This document shows, piece by piece, positions 55,493-63,881 of a stretch of DNA of 64,000 nt (position 1 is its first letter; every line of letters starts with the position of its first letter). The stretch lies in contig CAWCYG010000007.1 in NCBI GenBank assembly GCA_963799815.1, forward strand, positions 117,019 through 181,018. The letters run 5' to 3'. Below the pieces are notes generated by a model. The model saw only the letters and a list, made by a program, of their open reading frames with translations, was not told the origin of the DNA and made no database searches. The translations under genes were made by a program, and so were the position numbers. This stretch comes from an uncultured Solirubrobacterales bacterium. GTDB taxonomy: Bacteria; Actinomycetota; Thermoleophilia; Solirubrobacterales; 70-9.

Positions 55493-56485
55493 ATGCGGGC
55501 GATGGTGCTGCAGCGATCAGGCGAGCCGCTTGAGGCGCAGCGGCTGCCGGATCCCGAGCCGGGTCCGGGTGAGGTGCTCGTGCGGGTGCGGGCCTGCGGC
55601 GTTTGCCGCACCGATCTCCACGTGGTCGACGGCGACCTCGACGAACCGAAGCTGCCGCTGGTGCCCGGGCACCAGATCGTGGGCGAGGTGGTGGCTCGGG
55701 GGCAGGGCGCCGAGCGCTTCGCCCCTGGCGGGCGGGTGGGCATCCCGTGGCTGGGATGGGCATGCGGTGAGTGCCGGTACTGCCGATCGGGTCGCGAGAA
55801 CCTGTGCGAGCGGGCCCTGTTCACGGGCTATCAGCGCGACGGCGGCTACGCGGAGCTCACCGTCGCCGACGAGCGATTCTGCCTGGCTACCCCTGACTCC
55901 TACGGCGACCAGGAGCTCGCGCCGCTGCTCTGCGCCGGGCTGATCGGGTACCGCGCCTTGCGCCATTGCGGGGATCCGGCGACACTGGCGCTCTATGGCT
56001 TCGGGGCATCGGCGCACATCGTCTGTCAGGTCGCAGCGCACGAGGGGCGCCGCGTGTTCGCCCTCACCCGCCCAGGAGACTCCGAGGGACAGGAGTTCGC
56101 GCGCGGGCTTGGCGCTGAGTGGGCCGGAGACTCGGAAGAGGGGCCGCCCGAACCGCTCGAGGCGGCGATCGTCTTCGCTCCCGTCGGCGAACTGGTACCC
56201 GTGGCTCTCCGGGCGGTAGCGCCGGGGGGCACCGTCGTCTGCGCCGGCATCCATATGAGCGACATTCCCTCCTTCCCCTATGCAGACCTGTGGGGGGAGC
56301 GCGCGCTGAGATCGGTCGCCAACCTCACTCGCGCCGACGGGGAGGAGCTGCTGTCGCTGGCCCCGGCCGCCGGCATTCGGACAGTGACCGAGTCGTTTTC
56401 GCTCGAGCGGGCCGGGGCGGCGCTGGAGGCGCTTCGGGAGGGGCGGGTGCGGGGTGCTGCGGTGCTGTCGGTCGGTGGAGCGTAG
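55493..56485 (+). CDS. Zinc-dependent alcohol dehydrogenase family protein
   Basis: Diagnostic sequence: VRACGVCRTDLHVVDG, PGHQIVGEV, CGECRYCRSGRENLC, and the GFGASAH Rossmann motif. Confidence 0.85.
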   Translation: MRAMVLQRSGEPLEAQRLPDPEPGPGEVLVRVRACGVCRTDLHVVDGDLDEPKLPLVPGHQIVGEVVARGQGAERFAPGGRVGIPWLGWACGECRYCRSGRENLCERALFTGYQRDGGYAELTVADERFCLATPDSYGDQELAPLLCAGLIGYRALRHCGDPATLALYGFGASAHIVCQVAAHEGRRVFALTRPGDSEGQEFARGLGAEWAGDSEEGPPEPLEAAIVFAPVGELVPVALRAVAPGGTVVCAGIHMSDIPSFPYADLWGERALRSVANLTRADGEELLSLAPAAGIRTVTESFSLERAGAALEALREGRVRGAAVLSVGGA

Positions 56486-56492
56486 GTGTCGC

Positions 56493-57254
56493 TTACCGAA
56501 AGAGGTCGTCGGCCTCGGCGCGGCGCAGCGGTGCGGCGCCCGGTCCGTCTTCCTCGGTGATGTGGCGCCCAAGGCCGCGCACGATGGCCGCCGGCACTCC
56601 CGCGTCCTTTTGCCGCACGAGATCGGCGGCGGCGGCGACCTCGTCGGCCACGGCCACAACCGTCGCGGACAACGGGCGACCGTCCGAGTCAGTGCGGCCG
56701 CGCCAGTCATCGAGCGCGCGCAGGCCCGCGCACCCGATCGCGACATCGACCTGACCGAGCCGCCAGGCCCGTCCGAAGCTGTCGGCGATCACGACGGCCG
56801 GAGCGTCGTCATCGCCCCGGAGGCTGGCGCGGATCCGCCGCGCCGAGGCGTCGGCGTCCTTGGGCAGCAGGACGACGGAGTCCTCACCGGGGACGTTCGA
56901 GGCGTCGATCCCGGCATTGGCGCACACCCATCCCGAGTGCGTCTCGACGATCATGCGGCCGCGCCCCGCTCGGAGCACGCTCCTGCTCTCTTGGAGGATC
57001 AGCTCGACTAGGCGGGGGTCCTTGTCGAGGCTGTCGGCCAGCTCGACCGCCCGGTGTGATGGCTCTACGTCGCCGAGCGAACGCACGCGGCCCTCGGCCT
57101 TCGAGACGATCTTGTGCGAGACGACCAGAACGTCGGCCCCGGCGAAGCGCTCGTCCATCTCGGCGGCCGCCGCCGCCAGCAGCAGGCCCAGATCCGCACC
57201 GGCCGCCACCTCACCGACACCCTCGAGTCCGATCACCTCGATGCGGTCGCTCAT
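56493..57254 (-). CDS. cofE: Coenzyme F420-0:L-glutamate ligase, stand-alone (no FbiB C-terminal domain)
   Basis: The ATG overlaps the cofC stop (ATGA). 253 aa. Diagnostic sequence: VVSHKIVSKAEGR, VCANAGIDASNV, IADSFGRAWRLGQVDVAIG. Confidence 0.85.
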   Translation of the reverse strand: MSDRIEVIGLEGVGEVAAGADLGLLLAAAAAEMDERFAGADVLVVSHKIVSKAEGRVRSLGDVEPSHRAVELADSLDKDPRLVELILQESRSVLRAGRGRMIVETHSGWVCANAGIDASNVPGEDSVVLLPKDADASARRIRASLRGDDDAPAVVIADSFGRAWRLGQVDVAIGCAGLRALDDWRGRTDSDGRPLSATVVAVADEVAAAADLVRQKDAGVPAAIVRGLGRHITEEDGPGAAPLRRAEADDLFR

Positions 57255-57919
57255 TTCGCGATCTCGCTGAGCGCTCGGGCGGTCTCGGGGGCGCGAGCGG
57301 GATCGTCGGCCAACAGCTGCGAGAGTGCCTTCAGGTCCTCGGCGGTGTCGAGGTCGAGCGCCAGTGAGTCGAGCGCCTCGGTCGAGGTCGCCATGCAGCG
57401 GCGTTCGGCCCGTTCGATGTGGCGCTCGTGGCTGCCGGGGCCGAACCCAGGCGCGATCGCGTCGGGGGGACAGAGGAGGAGCGAGTTCGTCCCGCTGCCA
57501 TGGCGATCCGGCACGACGGCGACCGCCTCGGGTCCCATTCGCGCAAGCGCCGCATCGAGCTCGGCGGCCTCGAGCAGGGGGCAGTCCCCGGGCAGCAGCG
57601 CCACGCACTCGGCGCCGAGGGCCTTGGCGCGGACGATGCCCAGAGTGGCAGCCTCGGAGTGCCCGCGGTCGTCGGGGTCACGGAAGACCTCAACCGGGGT
57701 CTTCACCCGCTGCGCGTGCCGCAGAGCGATCTTCTCCGCACGACCTTCTCCCGTCACAACGATCACGCGCTCGATGCGCTCGGCGGCTGTGGTGGCCGCG
57801 AGTACGTCCGCCAGCATCGCCTTCGCGAGCGCGGCGCGAGCAGGTGGGTCGATCACCTCCAACAAGCGCTGCTTCGCCCGTCCGAAGCGCTTCACAGGGA
57901 CGATCGCCGTAGCGATCAC
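57251..57919 (-). CDS. cofC: 2-phospho-L-lactate (or PEP) guanylyltransferase
   Basis: The GTG overlaps the cofD stop (GTGA). Diagnostic sequence: AIVPVKRFGRAKQRL, LPGDCPLL, DRHGSGTN. Confidence 0.8.
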   Translation of the reverse strand: MIATAIVPVKRFGRAKQRLLEVIDPPARAALAKAMLADVLAATTAAERIERVIVVTGEGRAEKIALRHAQRVKTPVEVFRDPDDRGHSEAATLGIVRAKALGAECVALLPGDCPLLEAAELDAALARMGPEAVAVVPDRHGSGTNSLLLCPPDAIAPGFGPGSHERHIERAERRCMATSTEALDSLALDLDTAEDLKALSQLLADDPARAPETARALSEIAK

Positions 57920-58833
57920 AGCTCGGCCGCGAGCTCGAGCACCCGGCGCGCCAGCGCCCGACGTCCAGAGTCGCCCTGCATCAGGACGGGGCACCTGAGA
58001 AGCCGGAGCCCGGCGGGCGGAGGGTCCGGGTCGCCGTCGTCGATGACCATCGCATCGATCAAGCCCTCGTACAGCGAGGCCACGCCAGCTGCCGAGACCG
58101 GTCGGCCGATGGCCGCCATGAAGGCCTCTGTGGGCCCTTTTATGGCCCGGCCAGCCACGAACGGGCTGACGGCGATCACCGGCACGCCGCGCGCCGCGAT
58201 CGCCTCTCGCATCCCGGGAACCGAGAGGATCGGCCCGATCGAGATCACCGGGTTCGACGGCCCGATCACGATCGCGTCGGCGTCCGCGAGGGCGGCCAGC
58301 ACCTCGGGGGTCGGCGCAGCATCGTCAAGCCCCTCGACCTCGATCGCCTCAATCGGTGCCTCGCCAGCGTCGAGGATGAGGAACTCCTGGAGGCCACGCC
58401 AGCCGGCCGGAGTCAGAACCCGGGTGCGAACCGGCGCCTCGCACATCGGCAGCACCGAGGCGGAGACGTCGAGCGCTCGCGCGATCTGTCCCTGGGCGCC
58501 GGTCAGAGTGCCGCCCTCGGCGACGAAGCGAGTGCGGTACAGGCAGGTGGCGAGGTCACGGTCGGTGAGCGTGAACCAGCCGGGAGCGCCGAGCCGCTCC
58601 AACCGCGATGAGACCACCGTGGTGTCGTCGCGGATCCCCCAGCCCCGCTCCTCGTCGATCTCGCCGGCGAGCCAGTAGGTGACCAGGTCGGGATCGGGCG
58701 AGACCCACAGGCCATGGATCACGATGTCGTCGGCGGTATTGGCGATCACCGCCAGGTCCGCGCCGAGCTCCGGCTGCAGGCCGGCGGCCAGCTTGGCGCC
58801 GCCGGTGCCACCCGCGAGAAGAGCGACCCTCAC
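57916..58833 (-). CDS. cofD: 2-phospho-L-lactate transferase
   Basis: 305 aa. Diagnostic sequence: ALLAGGTGGAKL, NTADD, IGPSNPVISIGPIL. Confidence 0.9.
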   Translation of the reverse strand: MRVALLAGGTGGAKLAAGLQPELGADLAVIANTADDIVIHGLWVSPDPDLVTYWLAGEIDEERGWGIRDDTTVVSSRLERLGAPGWFTLTDRDLATCLYRTRFVAEGGTLTGAQGQIARALDVSASVLPMCEAPVRTRVLTPAGWRGLQEFLILDAGEAPIEAIEVEGLDDAAPTPEVLAALADADAIVIGPSNPVISIGPILSVPGMREAIAARGVPVIAVSPFVAGRAIKGPTEAFMAAIGRPVSAAGVASLYEGLIDAMVIDDGDPDPPPAGLRLLRCPVLMQGDSGRRALARRVLELAAEL

Positions 58834-59519
58834 GCCCAGTGGTCTGAGTCCGGCAGGCCGGTGAGCCGGATCCCGGCATGGGTCTTGTACCGGGTGTTGA
58901 CGGAGATCAGGAGGGGGGTGAGCTGCTCAGCGATCCGTGCCATCTCGAGGGTGCCCGCGTTTACGGCCCGCAGCCCGTTGATCGCCTCGATCAGGTGCGC
59001 GACGCGGGCTTTATCGGCCTTGCGGTCGCCGCAGATGAGGACGTCCTCACTCAGGACGGCGTCGGGGTCGCCGAGGACAGGGGCGCTGACGGTGTGAAGC
59101 GCGGCGATAACGGTCACGCCGTCGGAGACCATCTCCTGCGCCTGCTGAGCCGCCGAGCCCTGCCACACGCCCAGCGAACGCGTGGCCTTGCCGCTGACCG
59201 CCGCTGCCAGAGGCACGGTGCTGTCGACGAGGATCTGGCCCGGGCTGAGCGACTCCCGCAGGTTCGTGAGGTTCTCCGATTGGTTGCGAAAGGGGACCGT
59301 GAGGAAGACCACGGGCCCGCGCCTCGCGGCCTCGGCGTTCTCGAGTCCCTCGACCGCGCCGCCACCGGGCGCCGCTTCGATGGCCCGTGCCGCCGCTTCG
59401 GCAGCCCTCCCGGCATCGCGGGAACCGATCACAACGGGTTGGCCTGCCTGCGCCCAGCGCATCGCGAGACCCCACCCAAGGGCCCCGGTGCCACCGATGA
59501 TCGGGATCGGGTCGGCCAC
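58830..59519 (-). CDS. npdG: NADPH-dependent F420 reductase
   Basis: GTG at aa 83 of the ORF. IPIIGGTGALGWGLAMRWAQAGQPVVIGSR is a Rossmann motif. The stop overlaps the cofD start (GTGA). Confidence 0.8.
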   Translation of the reverse strand: MADPIPIIGGTGALGWGLAMRWAQAGQPVVIGSRDAGRAAEAAARAIEAAPGGGAVEGLENAEAARRGPVVFLTVPFRNQSENLTNLRESLSPGQILVDSTVPLAAAVSGKATRSLGVWQGSAAQQAQEMVSDGVTVIAALHTVSAPVLGDPDAVLSEDVLICGDRKADKARVAHLIEAINGLRAVNAGTLEMARIAEQLTPLLISVNTRYKTHAGIRLTGLPDSDHWA

Positions 59520-59589
59520 GGCGGCGCAGTCTAGATATCGAGCTGCGGGCGGTCCGCCAGGGCGGTCAGGCGCGCATAGACTCGCCGCC

Positions 59590-60324
59590 ATGAGGCTCGA
59601 GGGACGCAGGGCACTCGTGACGGGAGGCGCCCAGGGGATCGGCGCGGCCATCGCGCGGCGGCTCGCGGCCGAGGGGGCGGAGGTCGTGATCGGTGATCTC
59701 AACGCGGGTGCGGCTGCCGACGTCGCAGCGGAGTTCGGCGGCGAGGCCACGATGCTCGACGTCACCGAGCTTGCCTCCGCGCAAACGGCTGTGGAGAAGT
59801 TCGGTCCCTTTCAGGTGCTCGTGAACAACGCCGGCACCGACGACTTCGCGTTCTTCACCGACATGGATGCCGAGCGGTGGCGCCGGCTGCTGTCGATCAA
59901 CCTCGAGGGTGTGTTCGCCTGCACCCACGCCGTGCTTCCCTCGATGCAGCAGGCCGGGCATGGGCGCATCGTGAACATCGCCTCCGAGGCCGGGCGCGTG
60001 GGATCGAAGGGCTCGGCCGTCTACTCCGCCGCCAAGGGCGGCGTGATCGCGTTCACAAAGACGATCGCCCGCGAGAACGGGCGCTACGGGGTCACCGTCA
60101 ACGCCGTCGCCCCGGGCCCGATCGAGACGCCGCTACTGCTCGCCGCCAGGGAGCTGGGCGATGTCGGGGAGCGAATCATCGAGACGATGAAGGGAGCCAC
60201 GCAGCTGCGCCGGCTGGGCAGTCCCGACGAGGTCGCAGCCGCGGTCGCCTTTCTGGCCTCCGACGATGCCTCCTACGTCACAGGCGAGACGCTCGGCGTC
60301 TCGGGCGGACTGGGGATGGTCTGA
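59590..60324 (+). CDS. SDR-family oxidoreductase (FabG-like)
   Basis: Diagnostic sequence: ALVTGGAQGIGAAIA, NNAG, SEAGRVGSKGSAVYSAAK, PGPIETP. Confidence 0.9.
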   Translation: MRLEGRRALVTGGAQGIGAAIARRLAAEGAEVVIGDLNAGAAADVAAEFGGEATMLDVTELASAQTAVEKFGPFQVLVNNAGTDDFAFFTDMDAERWRRLLSINLEGVFACTHAVLPSMQQAGHGRIVNIASEAGRVGSKGSAVYSAAKGGVIAFTKTIARENGRYGVTVNAVAPGPIETPLLLAARELGDVGERIIETMKGATQLRRLGSPDEVAAAVAFLASDDASYVTGETLGVSGGLGMV

Positions 60325-60708
60325 GCGCTCAGGCGCGCTGGCCACCGTCGCCGCCTCGCGGTCGGCTGCGGGGATCGGATACCAGGATCCGGCCTGAGTG
60401 GAGAACATCGTGCCCTTGCCACGCTGGAGGTGAGCGGAGACCGCCGGTCGGCCGGCGCCCAAGCCGACCGCGATCTGACCTGCGCGCGAGCCGGGGTTGC
60501 GGATCAGGTAGGCGAAGACGTCCTCGCGGGTGATCCGCGAGCGACCCCGCGTGGCCGGAGAGGGTTCCCCGAGGATCGCCGCTCGCGCGCGCAGCAGGCG
60601 TGCGCGCTCGTGGACGAGGGGGGCGACCAGGGCCAGCTCGCATTCGATCTGGTCGACGCGCTCCTCGATCTCGCAGAGACCGAACCGCTCTTTTTCTACG
60701 ACGAACAT
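60133..60708 (-). CDS. Coiled-coil plus winged-helix DNA-binding-like protein of unknown family; ATG lies inside a LexA box
   Basis: It begins MFVVEKERFGLCEIEERVDQIECELALV... and continues ITREDVFAYLIRNPGSRAGQIAVGLGAGRPAVSAHLQRGKGTMFSTQAGSWYPI (HTH plus wing). The last 60-odd codons run antisense through the SDR 3' end. Confidence 0.5.
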   Translation of the reverse strand: MFVVEKERFGLCEIEERVDQIECELALVAPLVHERARLLRARAAILGEPSPATRGRSRITREDVFAYLIRNPGSRAGQIAVGLGAGRPAVSAHLQRGKGTMFSTQAGSWYPIPAADREAATVASAPERSDHPQSARDAERLACDVGGIVGGQKGDRGCDLVGTAQPAQLRGSLHRLDDSLPDIAQLPGGEQ

Positions 60709-60714
60709 ATGTTC
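60703..60714. promoter_or_regulatory. LexA (SOS/Cheo) box GAACATATGTTC
   Basis: This is a perfect GAAC-N4-GTTC palindrome with flanks cGAACatatGTTCg. The central ATATG carries the minus-strand ATG (60708..60706). It lies about 50 nt upstream of the divergent HMG-CoA lyase GTG. Confidence 0.65.
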
Positions 60715-60764
60715 GCACAGGTTACGCCGGCGCTCGGACAGAAGGGCGCAATAGCCTTCGGCGC

Positions 60765-61736
60765 GTGAGCGAGCTCCCTGAAGACGTCCGGATTCGCGAG
60801 GTCGGCCCGCGCGATGGCTTTCAAAACGAGCCGGAGGTGATTCCAACCGCGGAGAAGGTGCGGCTGATCGGCTTGCTCGCCGACGCTGGGCTGCGTCGCA
60901 TCGAGCTCACATCGTTCGTCCGGCCCGACGTGATTCCCCAACTCGCCGACGCCGAGGAGGTGCTGGCGGCCTACGACCGCCGAGAGGGGGTCGCCTACTC
61001 GGTCCTGATCCCGAACGAACGCGGCCTCGAGCGGGCCCTCGAACATCGGGATCGCTTCGACGAGGTCAACCTTTTCGTCTCGGCCTCCGAGACCCACAAC
61101 CGCGAGAACGTCAACCGCTCGGTGGAGGAATCCCTGGCGGGCCTCGAGGCGACCATCACGATGGCTCGAAGTGCCGGCCTTCGCTGCGAGGGCGTGATCT
61201 CGGTTGCCTTCGGCTGCCCGTACGAGGGGGAGGTGCCGGTCGAGCGCGTCTTCGGCATCGCCGAGCGCCTTGCCGCGGCGGGGTGCGAGGAGATCGCGTT
61301 TGGCGATACGACCGGTATGGCCAATCCCGACCAGGTCGGCGAGTTCTTCCTTATCGCCCGCAGCCAGCTTCGCGGGGTTGAGCTGACCGCCCACTTCCAC
61401 AACACGCGAGGCCAGGGGCTCGCGAACGTCTTCGCGGCGCTCCAGACGGGCATCGATTCATTCGAGTCGTCGTTCGGCGAGTTGGGGGGCTGTCCCGTGC
61501 CCCCAGGCTCCACCGGGAACATCTCGACCGAGGATCTCGTCTCGATGCTCGAGGAGATGGGCGTCGAGACGGGTGTCGAATTGCCGAAGCTGATCGACGC
61601 GTCGAGTGCCGCCCAGGACACGCTCGGACGCCCTCTTGGCGCCCACGTCCTGCGTGCCGGGCCGGTCGAATGGCGGGGGCGATCGCCCGCTCGTGACATC
61701 ACGTCGTCGACGCGGCGCAACGGCCGCCACGCGTAG
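60765..61736 (+). CDS. Hydroxymethylglutaryl-CoA lyase
   Basis: GTG at aa 56 of the ORF. Diagnostic sequence: VRIREVGPRDGFQNE, IELTSFV, and the HFHNTRGQGLANV metal site. Confidence 0.85.
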   Translation: MSELPEDVRIREVGPRDGFQNEPEVIPTAEKVRLIGLLADAGLRRIELTSFVRPDVIPQLADAEEVLAAYDRREGVAYSVLIPNERGLERALEHRDRFDEVNLFVSASETHNRENVNRSVEESLAGLEATITMARSAGLRCEGVISVAFGCPYEGEVPVERVFGIAERLAAAGCEEIAFGDTTGMANPDQVGEFFLIARSQLRGVELTAHFHNTRGQGLANVFAALQTGIDSFESSFGELGGCPVPPGSTGNISTEDLVSMLEEMGVETGVELPKLIDASSAAQDTLGRPLGAHVLRAGPVEWRGRSPARDITSSTRRNGRHA

Positions 61737-61746
61737 GCTTTCCGGG

Positions 61747-62124
61747 ATGCGAAGCGATGCGTTCAGGGCGGCCGCCGAGGCCAAGGACTTCGAGGCGGTC
61801 GAAGAGCTGTTCACGGAGGACGTCACCTTCAGGAGCCCGGCCGTCTTTAAGCCGTACGAGGGTCGCGACGTGCTTCGCTTCATCCTGTCCGCGGTCGTCC
61901 AGGTCTTCGAGGACTTCCGCTACACCGATCAGATCGAGCAGGGGGACATCGCGACGCTGCTCTTCAGAGCGAGGGTGGGGGAGCGCGAGCTCGACGGCAT
62001 CGACGTGCTGCGCTTCGCGGAGGACGATCGCATCCGCGAGCTGACCGTGATGGTGCGTCCGATGAGCGGGCTGCACGCGCTCGCGGAGGCGATGCAGGCG
62101 AAGCTCGCACCCGCCGGAAGCTGA
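61747..62124 (+). CDS. SnoaL/NTF2-like small protein
   Basis: 125 aa from the inner ATG. FRAAAEAKDFEAVEELFTEDVTFRSP is typical of the SnoaL-like fold. Confidence 0.65.
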   Translation: MRSDAFRAAAEAKDFEAVEELFTEDVTFRSPAVFKPYEGRDVLRFILSAVVQVFEDFRYTDQIEQGDIATLLFRARVGERELDGIDVLRFAEDDRIRELTVMVRPMSGLHALAEAMQAKLAPAGS

Positions 62125-62133
62125 GCGAAGAGC

Positions 62134-63015
62134 ATGAGCGTTAAAAGCGTTGGAGTCGTCGGCTGTGGCCTCATGGGTCACGGCATCGCGCAGATCTGCG
62201 CGCAGGCCGAGATGGACGTGGTAGTTCGTGAGACCGACCAGGACCGCCTCGACGCCGGGATGGCAAAGATCGCGAAGCAACTCGATCGCGCCGTGGAACG
62301 TGGCAAGCTCGAGGGGGCGGCCGCCGACGCGGTCCGCGCGCGGCTGCATCCGACCACGGACTACTCCGACCTCGCCGACTGCGAGCTCGTGATCGAGGCG
62401 ATCGTCGAGGACCTAGACGAGAAGCTCGCGATGTGGCGCGAGCTCGACTCGATCGTGAAGCCGGAGGCGACCTTCGCCTCCAACACTTCATCGCTGTCGG
62501 TCGCCGAGCAGGCCGCCGCCACGTCACGCCCCGAGCGATTCCTTGGGCTGCACTTCTTCAACCCCGCGCAGGTGATGCCGTTGTTGGAGGTCGTAAAGGC
62601 CGAGCGCACCTCCGACGAGGCTGCTGCCTTGGGCTTTGAACTCGGCGAGAAGCTGCACAAAAAGACGGTCGCGGCGCGCGATAACCGCGGCTTCATCGTC
62701 AACCGGCTCCTGGTCCCGTACATGCTCGACGCGATGCGCGCTTACGAGGATGGCGTCGGCTCGATCGCCGATATCGACCTCGCCATGAAGGCGGGCGCCA
62801 GCCACCCGATGGGCCCGCTCACGCTCGCCGACTTCGTGGGGCTCGACACGCTCGCTTCGATCGCGGAGGTCATGCACTCCTTCTATGGCGAGGATCGCTT
62901 CGCCGCCCCCACCTCGCTCACCAAGCTCGTTGAAGCCGGGCATCTCGGCACCAAGACCGGTCGCGGCTTCTACGACTACTCCGGGGAAAAGCCACAGCCC
63001 GCCGACCCAAGATGA
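62134..63015 (+). CDS. hbd: 3-hydroxybutyryl-CoA dehydrogenase (NAD-dependent 3-hydroxyacyl-CoA dehydrogenase)
   Basis: Diagnostic sequence: VGVVGCGLMGHGIAQ, EAIVEDLDEK, SNTSSLS, GLHFFNPAQVMPLLEV, RGFIVNRLL. Confidence 0.9.
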   Translation: MSVKSVGVVGCGLMGHGIAQICAQAEMDVVVRETDQDRLDAGMAKIAKQLDRAVERGKLEGAAADAVRARLHPTTDYSDLADCELVIEAIVEDLDEKLAMWRELDSIVKPEATFASNTSSLSVAEQAAATSRPERFLGLHFFNPAQVMPLLEVVKAERTSDEAAALGFELGEKLHKKTVAARDNRGFIVNRLLVPYMLDAMRAYEDGVGSIADIDLAMKAGASHPMGPLTLADFVGLDTLASIAEVMHSFYGEDRFAAPTSLTKLVEAGHLGTKTGRGFYDYSGEKPQPADPR

Positions 63016-63107
63016 GTAGTTCCGCACCCCCGCGCGCCCGGATGACGCAGGCGCACGCCGCATGGAACTAATCATCTGAACGCGCGGCGGCGTACGCTGA
63101 GCAGCCC

Positions 63108-63881
63108 ATGGATCGAGAGTCTTTAGAGCGAATCCGGACCACGACCTTCACGGTCGCAAGGCGCGGCTATGACAAGCGGGAGGTCGACCGCTTCCTCACC
63201 CGCCTCGCCGACTGGCTCGAGAGCGGCGGGGGCGACGAGGAGCGCTCGCAGGTGGTCCGCGACGAGCTCACGCGCATCGCCGAGCAGACCGCAAAGATCC
63301 TCACCGACGCACACGAGGTCGCCGAGACCCTGCGTTCGGAGGGGGAGATGGACGCAACCAACGTTCGCTCCGAGGCTGACGCCTATGCCGAGCGCGTGCG
63401 CATCGAGGCCGACGAGTACTCGAAGGAGCAGCGTGCTGAAGCAGACGCGTACGTGGCCCGGGCTCGCACCGAAGCGCAGGAGGAGACCGCCGAGATGCGC
63501 GACACGGCGGAGCGCGACAGCCTGCAGCTTGCCGAGGAGGTGGCCCGTCGCCGGCGAGGGCTGGACGATGAGATCCAAGAGCTCGAGGAGCGACGCGAGG
63601 CGGTCATCGAGGAGATGCAGCGCCTCTCCAGCCAGCTGGCCGGAACGGCGAGCGAGCACCTCCCGCCGCCCGAGCCGGCGACCGAGCCCGACTTCGAGCT
63701 TGGCGTGAGTGAGGAGGAGGAGCTCGTCGAGCTCGCAGGCGACGAGCCGCTCGAGGCGGAGGAGGCCGAGTTCGAGGAATACGAGGATGAAGTCGAGGAC
63801 GATGCCGCCGCCGAGGCCAGTGGCGAGACGGTCGAGTGGGATATCGAGAGCGAGCTGGAGGAGGAGCCCCCAGCCCGATGA
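63108..63881 (+). CDS. DivIVA-domain protein with acidic C-terminal tail
   Basis: The N-terminal reads FTVARRGYDKREVDRFLTRLADWL. Coiled coil follows, then a Glu/Asp-rich tail. Confidence 0.85.
   Translation: MDRESLERIRTTTFTVARRGYDKREVDRFLTRLADWLESGGGDEERSQVVRDELTRIAEQTAKILTDAHEVAETLRSEGEMDATNVRSEADAYAERVRIEADEYSKEQRAEADAYVARARTEAQEETAEMRDTAERDSLQLAEEVARRRRGLDDEIQELEERREAVIEEMQRLSSQLAGTASEHLPPPEPATEPDFELGVSEEEELVELAGDEPLEAEEAEFEEYEDEVEDDAAAEASGETVEWDIESELEEEPPAR

Noticed and set aside
53980-55824. A 614-aa ORF on the minus strand, opposite fbiC. Similar long antisense ORFs lie at 5531..7000, 10552..11940, 15555..17153, 27386..28528, 30973..32610 and 55517..56746.
   Set aside because: All are Arg/Gly/Pro/Ala-rich with no recognisable motifs. 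Each lies exactly opposite a gene with strong, diagnostic homology. These are the usual stop-free shadow frames of very GC-rich coding DNA.
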